64,000 bases of DNA from Promethearchaeati archaeon SRVP18_Atabeyarchaeia-1 (GCA_037308085.1 CP147779.1:256001-320000); one strand, 5' to 3'; shown: positions 48,790 through 58,794, numbered from the stretch's first letter. Numbers and translations: made by a program. The notes: generated from the letters alone by a model not told the origin.

Positions 48790-49218
48790 TCATTCACTTT
48801 CGACAAGAAGTTCGATCGAGACCTTGTTTTCTGGGTTTCTCAGTCTCTCAATGATTCTTCGATCTAGGTCTTTTGCTGCTTTGTTTGCTCTCACCATTAG
48901 CGTTCTTTCACATGTGAAGCTGCTTTTTCGACATACCATGTCTTCTCTGCTTGTTAGACGTAGCTGAGGGTCTCCTTGCCCCGTGACCTCTTCCTTCAGA
49001 CCGCATACTTCTAGAACGAGCAGAACTTTTGATGATTCTCTTCTGAGAAGGTTCTTGAAGAGGTTACTAAAATCGCTTGGCGATTTGCTTGCGTTGGCGG
49101 CAATTATACAGTCACCTTTGAGAGTGACCTCTTCCGCCTTGGTTATCTCCAGGGTTGTTCCGTGAGTTCCCCTGATGCAACTATGACCGTATGCAGTTAG
49201 GCACTCGATGGCTTTCAC
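48790..49218 (-). CDS. DUF371 family protein
   Basis: GH..I.GTH.TTLEITK, GDCII, RKS and ANKAAKDL. Confidence 0.85.
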   Translation of the reverse strand: MKAIECLTAYGHSCIRGTHGTTLEITKAEEVTLKGDCIIAANASKSPSDFSNLFKNLLRRESSKVLLVLEVCGLKEEVTGQGDPQLRLTSREDMVCRKSSFTCERTLMVRANKAAKDLDRRIIERLRNPENKVSIELLVESE

Positions 49219-49404
49219 TTTGATTGCACCCGGCAGTTTGCCTGGATTGATCCGGAACCGTCTATGCTTTTTAATATGGCTATGGCTTATTACTATATAG
49301 CTCTGAATTCCAATTAGTTTCTCGCGCCGTGGGCTCAGTTACTCTGTCTAATAAATGGGAGAAACGGTGAAGAGGAACCGAACTGGAGTCTGTTTGTAGC
49401 GGGT

Positions 49405-50119
49405 GTGGAGTTGAAAGACTTAGAGAAGAACAAGCAGAGGCTTCTTGAGCACTACGTTGACGAAGGCATTGCTAATAGTAGCACTGTGATCAAGGCATTC
49501 ATGAAGGTTCCGAGAGAGGAATTTGTGCCGGAGGACGTCAGGGATTCTGCTTATGATGATCGCCCCCTTCCGATAGCTTTTGGGCAAACAATAAGTGCGC
49601 CACACTACTTGGGAACCCCAAGTTGGGCGAGACATGGTCATCATAATGTGTGAACAGTTGAAGCTTGAGGAAGGGCACCGCGTGCTCGAAGTGGGAACTG
49701 GTTCGGGTTACCATGCTGCGATCTGCGCCGAAATCGTTGCACCTGCCTCATCTCGGAAGCCGGGGCATGTCTACACAATCGAGAGAATAAGGTCCTTAGC
49801 CGACTTTGCTAGGGAGAACTTGAGGAGAACAGGTTACGAGGACCGCGTGACTGTAATTGTCGGAGACGGAACAGTAGGTTACAGGGAGGCCACGCCGTAC
49901 GACAGAATTCTTGTGACGGCGTCAGCGCCCAAAATCCCCGATCCTTTGGTCGAGCAGTTAGGCGACGCGGGAATAATGACGATCCCTGTTGGCGGTCGGT
50001 ACGGCTGGCAGGATTTGGTCATTATAAAGAAAATGAAGGACGGCAAGATAAAGACCGAGAACTTCGGTGGAGTAGCGTTTGTGCCCCTAATTGGAAGACA
50101 TGGCTGGGAAAACGAGTAG
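49405..50119 (+). CDS. pcm: Protein-L-isoaspartate O-methyltransferase; exons 49405-49603 and 49632-50119 (228 aa spliced)
   Basis: [23 protein letters not shown]|[16 protein letters not shown] and FVPL. The two track ORFs join on removal of 28 nt. Confidence 0.9.
49604..49631 (+). other. 28-nt BHB intron in pcm mRNA
   Basis: GTG-CGCC-ACA-[CTACTTGGG aac CCCAAGTTG]-GGCG-AGA-CAT forms helix-bulge-helix-bulge-helix; the canonical cuts restore the reading frame. Confidence 0.85.
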
Positions 50120-50215
50120 ATAGTTGCCGGTGGTTTCGGTTCCACTAGGCAGGGCTACTCATTTTCTGCCAACTCTTGCGCTTTGCTTCTTGCGTGTTTT
50201 TAAAAGACTATATAT

Positions 50216-51124
50216 ATGGATAGGATCGAGAGTAAAGGACAATACCTTGAGCCCAGCGTTCACGGCGCGGAAAGTGGGTTGTCGATGGCTGAAGAACTCA
50301 TGGAGAAGGCCTCAGATCTTCGGACTAGGGGGTCGCCTGAAGAGGCAGCGAAGCTGTACTTGCATGCAGCGATTGAATTTGAGAAGAGCGGTAAAGTTGC
50401 TGACGCTGCCCAAGCGTACAACGCGGCTGGTCTACTTCTGAGCGAGGCAGGCAAGAGTGAGGAGGGGTATAACCAGTATGTCAAAGCAATCGAGGGATTC
50501 TCAAGGCTCAATGATGAAGAGGGAAAGGCTGACTCCAGTTACAATGCTTGTGTCGCCCTAAATGATATGGGCTCCTATGAGGAAGCAGTCAAGCATTGCT
50601 CAATTGCCCTGCAACTCTATGAAAGCCTGAAAAGCGAAGAGAGGATGGCAGACGCACTCTACGGGATGGGACTTGCGTACCTTGGATCAGCCAAGTTAGA
50701 CGAAGCCCTCGGCCTGTTCAGCAGAGCACTTGAGATATGCAAAAAGATGAATAACTATGAGGGAATCATGAGCATCTCCCTCGACATAGGCAACATTTAC
50801 AAGAAGAAGGAGGAATTAGACAAAGCGCTCGTCTCGTTTAAATCGGCGCTCGAGGTGGCACGGAAGCTGAAAGATGACGCGAGCATGGGGGATGCCCTCG
50901 TCGCAATGGGAGAGGCATATGAACTTTCTGAGGAATATGGAAGATCAGCGGACGCCTTCCTTTCAGCGGCGGAAAAATACTTGAAGGCCGGAATGGACGA
51001 CTTGGCGGAGGAATACAGTAGTCGCATCGAAGACCTAATCGCAGACTTGACCGCTGTCACAGCGGAGAGAGTCAAGAAGAAAATGGAGGAGATACGCGGG
51101 AGGATTCCAAAGAAACAGTTGTGA
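50216..51124 (+). CDS. TPR protein, alpha-SNAP-like N-terminus
   Basis: Repeated TPR helices (EEAAKLYLHAA..F...G...DAAQAY); true start may be 50285. Confidence 0.8.
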   Translation: MDRIESKGQYLEPSVHGAESGLSMAEELMEKASDLRTRGSPEEAAKLYLHAAIEFEKSGKVADAAQAYNAAGLLLSEAGKSEEGYNQYVKAIEGFSRLNDEEGKADSSYNACVALNDMGSYEEAVKHCSIALQLYESLKSEERMADALYGMGLAYLGSAKLDEALGLFSRALEICKKMNNYEGIMSISLDIGNIYKKKEELDKALVSFKSALEVARKLKDDASMGDALVAMGEAYELSEEYGRSADAFLSAAEKYLKAGMDDLAEEYSSRIEDLIADLTAVTAERVKKKMEEIRGRIPKKQL

Positions 51125-51144
51125 GGAACGGATTCCAGCTCTCT

Positions 51145-51669
51145 TCAAGGGTTCATCTTACCGAAGATTCTCTTCGCGATGCTTGTGAATGCACTGTTAA
51201 TCAATTCACCAGTCTTGGCACTAGTCTCGAAGAATTCGGCATTGATCTGCGTAGCCTGAGTCGCACCGTCTTCTTTCTTAACCGACCTTTGGCTGTCGAG
51301 ATCAGTCTTGTTGCCAAGTAGGGTCAGAGGGATATCTCCGCAAATGCCCTTGACCTCCTTAGCCCACTTGGGTATTACTTCGAACGTGTTTCTGTCCGCA
51401 ATGCTGTACACTAAGACCGCAGCCCTCGCACCTGGATAGTAGAATGACCTTATCCTCATGAATTGAGCTTGCCCACCTAAGTCCCACATTTGGAGCTTTA
51501 TCTGCTGGCCGTCAATATTGAGGGTTTTGACGGCGAAATTGGTCCCGATAGTCGTTATGTATTCGCCTAGAAACCGATCTTGTGTATATCGCAATATAAG
51601 CGAAGTTTTCCCGACTCCGCCTTCTCCCACCACGACAACCTTAAACACGAACTTGGGAGACTGGAACAA
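51145..51669 (-). CDS. Rab-like small GTPase
   Basis: GEGGVGKTS, TIGTNF, WDLGGQ, GNKTD and ETSAK; no C-terminal Cys. Confidence 0.92.
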   Translation of the reverse strand: MFQSPKFVFKVVVVGEGGVGKTSLILRYTQDRFLGEYITTIGTNFAVKTLNIDGQQIKLQMWDLGGQAQFMRIRSFYYPGARAAVLVYSIADRNTFEVIPKWAKEVKGICGDIPLTLLGNKTDLDSQRSVKKEDGATQATQINAEFFETSAKTGELINSAFTSIAKRIFGKMNP

Positions 51670-51745
51670 GGTTTTGTGACCCCCTCACTTATTGAACAAT
51701 AGACTGAAAGGGTTGTTATATGGTTTTCTGGTCAAGCTAATTCTC

Positions 51746-52573
51746 TTACTCCGCATTGTCACTTATATTCTGTTCTCTCATTAAAGGCTTCTCTTTGCCA
51801 TCATCGCCTTGGACATCCTTCAGGTAAGGTGAGGTCAGGATCTTCTTTGCGCTCTCAACTATTGTTGGTCCTATTCCCTTCACATCTGAGATTGGACCTG
51901 AAAGGCGCCTTGTTTTGCCAGTTTTGGACTGAAGTATTTCAGCTTCAGCTATTTGCCTGAATACATTGTATGGCGTCTGAGCCTTTGAAAGTAGGCTGTC
52001 TGCGAGTGTCACGCCAACGTTTGGGAGACCGCATATCAGGTACTGCTGCTGCTGGGCAAGCGTAAGCGTCTTTTCCTTAGGTCTTATTACGATTGGGCGC
52101 TTGACCTTTACTTGTTCAGAGTACGCTAAGCGCTCAATGAATCTGGCAGTATGCTTTGTATCTGGGGTGGGAACTATTGAGATCCTGAGTTGCACAGCTA
52201 GACTCGTCATTGCCCCCCAGATTGAACTTTCGTTTACCTTTCTCATCTTGAAGATGATCGGCATGTACCCCTCTAGAACTAGTATCGGGATCTCGTACGC
52301 ATCCTTGAGCCTGGAGCACTCATCGAAGAGCCTGTTCGTGTAAATAGAACTCGCAAGCTCGTTTACGCTCTTCCTCTCGACAGCTACGCGATCTGAAACG
52401 ACATAATCTGCAACGCTTAGCTGTTTCTCGACAACATTCACATCAAGCTCTCTCAGATATTCGCTAACCCGTGAACGCAGTTCCCGGTTATCAACGAAGA
52501 CTGTCACTCTTCCTGAATTTGATCCTCCGCTTCCTTTTGCGTAGGAGTCTAGAGTATCCTGATTCATTCTCAC
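51746..52573 (-). CDS. XPF/ERCC4 structure-specific endonuclease (short form)
   Basis: VDNRE, ADY.VSDRVAVERK and two HhH motifs (LPNVG, VKGIG). Confidence 0.9.
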   Translation of the reverse strand: MRMNQDTLDSYAKGSGGSNSGRVTVFVDNRELRSRVSEYLRELDVNVVEKQLSVADYVVSDRVAVERKSVNELASSIYTNRLFDECSRLKDAYEIPILVLEGYMPIIFKMRKVNESSIWGAMTSLAVQLRISIVPTPDTKHTARFIERLAYSEQVKVKRPIVIRPKEKTLTLAQQQQYLICGLPNVGVTLADSLLSKAQTPYNVFRQIAEAEILQSKTGKTRRLSGPISDVKGIGPTIVESAKKILTSPYLKDVQGDDGKEKPLMREQNISDNAE

Positions 52574-52676
52574 CCACTTTCCTCACTACTTCGTGAACGT
52601 GCGTCATATTTAAGAAAATGGGTTTGGAGAACCTCTCGATCTTGGAGAAGCAGAAGCGTGGAGAGCTCTCTGGATA

Positions 52677-54035
52677 GTCAGTTACCCACTGCCAAAGCTT
52701 GTGGGCTTGCAACTCGGGGTTGTCTGGCGCGGCCTTTCAAACCCTTCACCTTGCCAAACGCGCCTACTGACGGAGGCGTTCCCCCCAGGAAACTGGTCCA
52801 TCTTGTCGGCTCTTGATGTGTCCTGTGTTTGGGCCGCCCTGAGGGCGATGTTGAGGCTCGCCACGCGGTCTCGGTTCGCCTCGAAGCCGCATGCCCTGCA
52901 CCTGAAGTAGGAGTAACCAACCCAGTTCGTCTTGCTCGTGCGCCTACAGTAGGGGCAAGCCTGGGACGTGTACCTGGGATCAACCTCGACGAGCAGCACG
53001 CCCTGCCTCGCAGCCACGTATCTGAGGGCGTGTCTGAGGAAGCCGTAGGGGGTGCGGTTCACCTTCCTGCGGCTCTTCGCGCTCCACTCGCCTCGCTTCT
53101 TCCTGAGGTGCCTCAGCTTCTCCACTACGATGTTTGCGCCGAGTGCTTTTGCCTGCTGCACGATCTGGTTGGCGATGAGCCAGATGCTTGTCCGCACGTA
53201 GTTACTCTGCCTCTTGCCAAGGCGCTTGAGCTTGAGCCCCGCCTTGCTCCTAGACGATGTATCCCTCCATGGCTGGAGCGCTGTTCTACTTTTCTCGAAG
53301 TTGAACTGCGTTGTGGAGACCTCCTGCCCAAGGTAGGTCTGCTTCAGGACGCCGCAGCTTGGGCCTATGACGGTGGTGGCGATCCTCGAACTGTTCACGT
53401 CCACTCCCAGCCAGTTGGATTTCACCTGAGGTTCTGGCGTCTCCTTGGAGAGGACGGCGAAGAGCTTTATGCTACTCTTCATGATGATGATGATGCTCGG
53501 CTCCTAGCCCTGAGTCAAGTGCTCTTGGAGGCGCTGGTATGCTCCATCCCTACTTATCGGCAGGCCGATTCTCTTGTTGCTAGCTCTCAGTGTCAGCACG
53601 GGGTTGCCCCTCCTGGTCTCCCTGAAGCTGAAGAGGCGCGCGTCGAAGCGGACGACGCACTTCTCGACGACGCTGCCGCCGCTGATGGTTTTCCTTGCGC
53701 TCCACGCGTAGCTTGTGGCCTCGATGATGAGCTGGGATGCCACTTGGTGCCTGCCTCTTAGTGCCGTGTAGGTTTTGTGGTGGAGGTCGGCTCTGCTCTT
53801 GGCGCCGCCAAGGTAGCTGAGGGCCTCCTTCACGGTGGCGAGGAATGTGGTGTAGGTTTGCTTGAGCATTCTCCTCTTTGCTTCTGTGGGTTCGAGGAGG
53901 TTGAGAGGTAGGCACTTTCTCATGGTATCTCCAAAAGGATGTTAGGGGAGCGCGGTATTTAAGGCTCCCAATTGGAGTCTCGCTGCGATTCCTCCCACCC
54001 CTGACGGGATGTGGGCTTCCTCGCAGCGCCGATGT
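52677..54035 (-). mobile_element. IS200/IS605-family (IS1341-like, tnpB only) element
   Basis: GC-rich tnpB; left-end hairpin at 53985-54030; right-end hairpin CCCAC...GTGGG finishing AACTGAC at 52677. Left boundary approximate. Confidence 0.8.
52682..53923 (-). pseudogene. tnpB: TnpB RNA-guided endonuclease with one in-frame TAG (53504-53506)
   Basis: Two in-frame ORFs; RuvC residues GVDVN, VVEKL and NRDRVASLNI; Zn ribbon CPYC/CRAC. Confidence 0.85.
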
Positions 54036-54160
54036 GAGAATCGCAACCGCAAAATAGTGAAGGGGGACACGTGGAACCGCAAACCCTTATCCATAGCTTT
54101 CTTGCGGGTTTTTGGTTAGGCCAAGGCGGCGCTCGGATGCGAATGGATTACGCCGCAGGT

Positions 54161-54595
54161 CTATCTCTTAGCGTTTTTTCTTTTGTGCCGGACCTTTGGA
54201 GCCGCCACTTTACGGGATCTGACCTTCTTGTGGCGTACTCTTGTTTTCGCAGTGTACCCCATGGCTTCGAGTTTCTGTCTTACTCTCTGCCTTTCGTCCT
54301 CTTCTGCCTCTTTCTGCATTTGTTCCTTCAAAGGCAGGAGCTGTCTGTTTACGTCGAATAGCTTCAGCAAGTACTGCTTGACAAGCTTGTCATGTTGCCT
54401 TGCCGTCATCTTGGAAGTGTCGTATTTTGTTTCTAGCTGTTGTATCTTGCTGCGCAGGTCGTCAGCTTCCTTCGTAAGGGCATCAACTTTCTCAGTCATA
54501 CCTGGATTATCTGGAGCGTTAATTGGGCTTGCTGCAGGTTCGGCTGCTAATAGAACTTCGTTTCCGGAAATACCATTACTGCTTCTATGCGGCAT
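54161..54595 (-). CDS. Hypothetical coiled-coil protein with a basic tail
   Basis: 144-aa ORF with a heptad pattern and a K/R-rich C-terminus. Confidence 0.6.
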   Translation of the reverse strand: MPHRSSNGISGNEVLLAAEPAASPINAPDNPGMTEKVDALTKEADDLRSKIQQLETKYDTSKMTARQHDKLVKQYLLKLFDVNRQLLPLKEQMQKEAEEDERQRVRQKLEAMGYTAKTRVRHKKVRSRKVAAPKVRHKRKNAKR

Positions 54596-54871
54596 TGGCT
54601 CTATTTTTCCCCCATCTTGCAGCTTTCTAATCCGCTTTTCTTTACTATACTGGGTGCTAGAAGCTTTATGAGCATTTCCAATTCAATGCGAAGTCCACAA
54701 TACTTGACGACTTAGGAGGCGATTTTTCCCTGACTGAAAAGACCATGTCGCGAGAGGGAAGGTTCAACCGGATTTTTATATCTATAATCATCTCATAGAA
54801 TCAGACGCCGGTTTTTTAATATTGGCAATGTTTATTTAAGGATGTCCCGCTTGTATTACCGGGACTGAAAA

Positions 54872-55327
54872 TTGAGTGAAGTTCCTCATGTGAGCGCCCC
54901 AGATGCCGGGAACCTGACTCGTGAGGCTCGCATATGGCAGCGGGACGAGCTGCTTCTGATTCTAAAGTCCACGGGCAGATGCCTGCCCTTAGAGGACATA
55001 GCCAAGTTCATTGATTTCCTTGAAACTGTTCTGCCTGACGACAAGATAATCAGATTCTCAGGAGTCCATCATGTCAGCAGGCAACTTGAGCAGATGGCGA
55101 AGTCAGAGCTCATCGAGAAGCGTGGGGTTTGCTACAAGATAACCGAGAAGGGCAGCAAACTTGCGGATGAAGCGGAGCTATCAATAGAGGATAGCGAGGT
55201 AACTAATAGGGCCTGGGCTACCGTGAGGAGCGCGCTTGCTAGCCTACCCTCAAGCAAGCTGGCTTGGGACTCCCATCTGAACGCGACAACGAAGCGAATT
55301 GGAGAGGAGTCTCAGAAGTCAGGATAG
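54872..55327 (+). CDS. Putative winged-helix protein
   Basis: LEQMAKSELIEKRG.CYKITEKG wing motif. Confidence 0.6.
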   Translation: MSEVPHVSAPDAGNLTREARIWQRDELLLILKSTGRCLPLEDIAKFIDFLETVLPDDKIIRFSGVHHVSRQLEQMAKSELIEKRGVCYKITEKGSKLADEAELSIEDSEVTNRAWATVRSALASLPSSKLAWDSHLNATTKRIGEESQKSG

Positions 55328-55430
55328 CTTCGATCGGCGAAGACCTTCGCCCGACCAGCCGAATCAAAACTTATATTAGCCCTAGCAGGAGAGAACAACA
55401 TTCTAGCAACCATGAGAAGGAACAGCGGAC

Positions 55431-56015
55431 TTGATTTCAAAAAGAAAGGACAAACTGGCTAGGTTTTTCCGCCCCTTTGCGAAGATGCTCGAGAAGATGC
55501 ATCTAACACCCAATGCGGTTACCTTTCTTGGGTTTCTTCTTTCCTTGCTGATCGTTCCCTTCACGATCCTGTTGAATTATAATCTGGCTGGAATCATGAT
55601 CCTCATCACGGGGCTCTTTGACGCCTTGGACGGAGCTCTAGCAAGATTGACCGACAAGATCACTGCGCGAGGTGGCTTCCTTGATTCGGTTCTGGACAGG
55701 TACTCGGACGCCATAATAATGATAGCGATAATCTTTGCAGGCCTCTGCAACGTTGTCTGGGGATTCGTTGCATTAATCGGTTCACTGCTAGTAAGCTACT
55801 CGAAGGCACGCGTGGAGGCGTTTGGAGTAAAACACTTTGTTGTGGGATTCGCCGAGAGACCCGTAAGGCTCCTCATGATAGCTCTGGCATTCTTCCTCGA
55901 AAACTGGTACCCAAAGACACTAAACTATGCGATCATAGCTCTGGCGATCCTTACCCACCTGACTGTTCTGCAGAGAAGTATAATGGCAAAAGACGTGCTG
56001 TCTGGACGCTCCTGA
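55431..56015 (+). CDS. CDP-alcohol phosphatidyltransferase (archaetidylinositol-phosphate synthase-like)
   Basis: TPN..T and DALDGALAR...GGFLDSVLDRYSD. Confidence 0.9.
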   Translation: MISKRKDKLARFFRPFAKMLEKMHLTPNAVTFLGFLLSLLIVPFTILLNYNLAGIMILITGLFDALDGALARLTDKITARGGFLDSVLDRYSDAIIMIAIIFAGLCNVVWGFVALIGSLLVSYSKARVEAFGVKHFVVGFAERPVRLLMIALAFFLENWYPKTLNYAIIALAILTHLTVLQRSIMAKDVLSGRS

Positions 56016-56123
56016 CCAATGCAGAAGCGGAATCGAGGAGGCTTAGATGCCTCGGGCATCCATCTGGAAATACGATTTCATTTTCTCAAAGAATGAGGGA
56101 TCACCGAGGATCGCCCTGTCTTC

Positions 56124-56471
56124 CTAGGTAAGGTCGAATGCGTTCTTCATCAGTTTGGTGAGAATTATCTTTGCAGCTTGCATTGCACGTTCGCCGTCCT
56201 TCGTTATCACGTAGTATTTCCTGTCTGGTTTTCCCTTGGCCTCGCTTTCGGCTCTCTTGCTTTCGACTAGTCCATCCCTAGCCATCTTGTAGAGTATTAC
56301 ATATGATGTGACCGTTGCGGGCTTGAACCCGAATCTCTTGTCTATCATCGCGCGGACCTCGTATCCATATCTCGGGCTTTCCTGAAGGAGACGTAGGATG
56401 TATATCCAGAGGTTTTCACTAGTCATTTTCGCTACGAACCTTCGTAGAGCCTTGAATTCATCAACAGTCAA
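56124..56471 (-). CDS. PadR-family transcriptional regulator
   Basis: PRYGYE and RKYYVITKDG. Confidence 0.88.
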   Translation of the reverse strand: MTVDEFKALRRFVAKMTSENLWIYILRLLQESPRYGYEVRAMIDKRFGFKPATVTSYVILYKMARDGLVESKRAESEAKGKPDRKYYVITKDGERAMQAAKIILTKLMKNAFDLT

Positions 56472-56604
56472 GAACCTGCCTCCAATGTAAAGATCAGTAC
56501 AGTGGGATCGTCCCTGCGATTGATCTCAAAGACTGTTTGTATTTTCATCTAAACGAGTAATTTAATCTTGTGACATGGTTTGTACCAAAAAGACCCTTTC
56601 CTTC

Positions 56605-57219
56605 TCACACCCTTGGGCGTCTCCGATCAAGTTCATCTTGGGTAAGAGTGATAACTTGGGATGAGAGATAGCTGAGTGGCCCCACGCTTACCCTTCTGGC
56701 GCGTAATCCGTCTAACATACTCTCTTCCTGCGGACTCAGCCCTTTCTGGTCGCCCAAGACGAAAGTATCATCGCATTCGAGATCGAAGTTGACATTTCTA
56801 ATATCTTCACCCCTTTCATGAAGGTAGTAGAGCCCACCTGTAGCCAAACTGTGATGTAATAACTCGGCAAAGGATTCCCTTTCGATCGAAACGCCTTTCC
56901 AATAGGGGACGGGATGCTTCTTCCCACTTTCACAGCCGTCGCTCAGGACTCTTCGTAGTAATCCTGCTACTGCTATCTCGGAGAAAGGTATAGTTCTGAT
57001 TTCTTTTCCGTCAAATTCCAGACATAGAGGTGCTCTGGTCCCGCCTTCAAGCACCGCGATGAAGGTGGTATCGGTCCTTATTCGCTGATTATCGAGAAGA
57101 GAGGCGATGGAGCATCTGCAAACCACATCGAGTCGACCGCTAGAGGACGGCAGATCCTTCAAGCTGAAGTCCCCCGAAGCGTGTGCCTCACTTGCCTTGA
57201 GTATGAAGATGCGGGTCAA
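56605..57219 (-). CDS. trmY: tRNA (pseudouridine54-N1)-methyltransferase
   Basis: DLPSSSGRLDVVCR, LHERG, FVLGD and SVGP.SY. Confidence 0.88.
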   Translation of the reverse strand: MTRIFILKASEAHASGDFSLKDLPSSSGRLDVVCRCSIASLLDNQRIRTDTTFIAVLEGGTRAPLCLEFDGKEIRTIPFSEIAVAGLLRRVLSDGCESGKKHPVPYWKGVSIERESFAELLHHSLATGGLYYLHERGEDIRNVNFDLECDDTFVLGDQKGLSPQEESMLDGLRARRVSVGPLSYLSSQVITLTQDELDRRRPRV

Positions 57220-57507
57220 CAGATGACTGACCTCCCTTCCCTATGGAAATGCCGTCCCGCGCACTAACCAACCGACAAATCAGATCGGGATCTACTCAAC
57301 ACCGTGAAGGCGGAACTTCGAATCTATATACGCGCTATGATGATCGAGTGATTGATAGGTTTGACCATTGGGGGCGGCATTCTAAAGGTTCCCAAGCTGA
57401 GACAATAACACTATAATGCTTATATGCAAGCCTAAGCCTATTGAAGTTATGATACAGAGTTCTGTTTGCCCATGGGTAATAAGAACTCTCAGATGGTGTT
57501 GACTACA

Positions 57508-57792
57508 ATGACTAAGAAGAGAAGAAGTCGCGGAAGATCCAAAGGTGGATCTGGTAGAAAAGGTCTGGTTCAGTGCTCTAACTGTGGTACGCTAGTTCCC
57601 AGAGACAAGGCGAAGAAGGTAACACGTTGGGTTTCCCTAGTCGACCCTGTGATGGCGAGGGAACTCAGGAAGCAGGGAGCCATACTTCCACATGAGAAAG
57701 TGATGAAGTACTATTGTGTATCCTGTGCCGTTCACTCAGGGGTCTCCAAGGTCAGGGGCAGGGATGAAAGAAAAGATCATTCGCGGTACTAG
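57508..57792 (+). CDS. rps26e: 30S ribosomal protein S26e
   Basis: MTKKRRSRGR, CSNCG..VPRDKA and YCVSCAVH. Confidence 0.95.
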   Translation: MTKKRRSRGRSKGGSGRKGLVQCSNCGTLVPRDKAKKVTRWVSLVDPVMARELRKQGAILPHEKVMKYYCVSCAVHSGVSKVRGRDERKDHSRY

Positions 57793-57846
57793 TACAATTT
57801 AGGGGCTATTGCCCCTCCGGTTTCTGTCCAGATTTCTTAAGTCGTT

Positions 57847-58794
57847 GTGATTAGGCCTGTTGCCAATCAAGACTCAATTGAAGGATTGGTGTCAGTGCTC
57901 GACATTGCCGTATTCGGCCACTTCGCTATAGACCAAGTGGAAAGGGATGGAAACGTACTTCCTCCTTCTCTGGGTGGAACTGTTACCTTCTCCAGTCTAG
58001 CCGCTGCGAGGTTAGGGGCTAAAGTCGGAATCGTCTCAAAGGTAGGACCGGATTTCAGAGACGACCATCTTCTCGTATTCGCTCGAAGTGGAATTGATGT
58101 TTCGGGAGTGAAGAAGGTCAAAGCCCCTACGACCAAGTATAGACTGCAGTACACGGGGGAAGAGAGGAATCTAACGCTCCTGTCAAGGTGTGATCCCATC
58201 AAACCTGAAGATGTCAGGCACCTTCGGGGCAAAGCCAAAGCTGTCCATCTAGGTCCAATAGCTGGTGAAGTTCCCCTTGAGACAGTCAAGGAGGTTGCCA
58301 AATGGAGCACCATTGTCATGCTTGATCTTCAGGGGTTCGTCAGGAAGTTCGACAGGAATGGCAAGGTCTCCCTCGAAAGGAATCCTCAGCTCCTGGAAAT
58401 AGTCAAGAGAGCGATGATAGTGAAGTCTGCTCTGCAAGAGGGGGAGACCGTAATGAATGTTTCTGGATTTGAGGAGGTCGCTTCATCGTTTCTCAATATG
58501 GGATGCAAGATCACAATCGTGACCCTTGGCGGGAAAGGGGCCTACATTTCCACCTGTGAAGGAGAATCTCTTGTCGTTCCTGCAATCAACCCCCGCAGGA
58601 TCACTGATCTCACTGGAGCAGGAGATGCTTACGCGGGTTCATTTCTCGCAGAGTACCTGAAGACCAAAGATCTCAGACGTTCAGCGATAATCGCAAGCTC
58701 AGCGGTCTCATTCAAGGTTGAAGGACACTCAACGTCAGGATTCGCGTCAAGAGCAGACATAGAGAAGCGAGCCAGGGAGTACCTCGAACAGTGA
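57847..58794 (+). CDS. PfkB-family carbohydrate/nucleoside kinase
   Basis: LGG, VG.D, DLQG and DLTGAGD. Confidence 0.88.
   Translation: MIRPVANQDSIEGLVSVLDIAVFGHFAIDQVERDGNVLPPSLGGTVTFSSLAAARLGAKVGIVSKVGPDFRDDHLLVFARSGIDVSGVKKVKAPTTKYRLQYTGEERNLTLLSRCDPIKPEDVRHLRGKAKAVHLGPIAGEVPLETVKEVAKWSTIVMLDLQGFVRKFDRNGKVSLERNPQLLEIVKRAMIVKSALQEGETVMNVSGFEEVASSFLNMGCKITIVTLGGKGAYISTCEGESLVVPAINPRRITDLTGAGDAYAGSFLAEYLKTKDLRRSAIIASSAVSFKVEGHSTSGFASRADIEKRAREYLEQ

Noticed and set aside
49405-50119. pcm as a pseudogene or as two separate genes
   Set aside because: Both halves are intact and a canonical BHB excision restores the conserved motif exactly.
52829-53761. 310-aa + strand ORF
   Set aside because: Antisense shadow of the GC-rich tnpB.
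57337-57400. Possible C/D box sRNA (ATGATGA...CTGA)
   Set aside because: No convincing internal C'/D' boxes or terminal stem.
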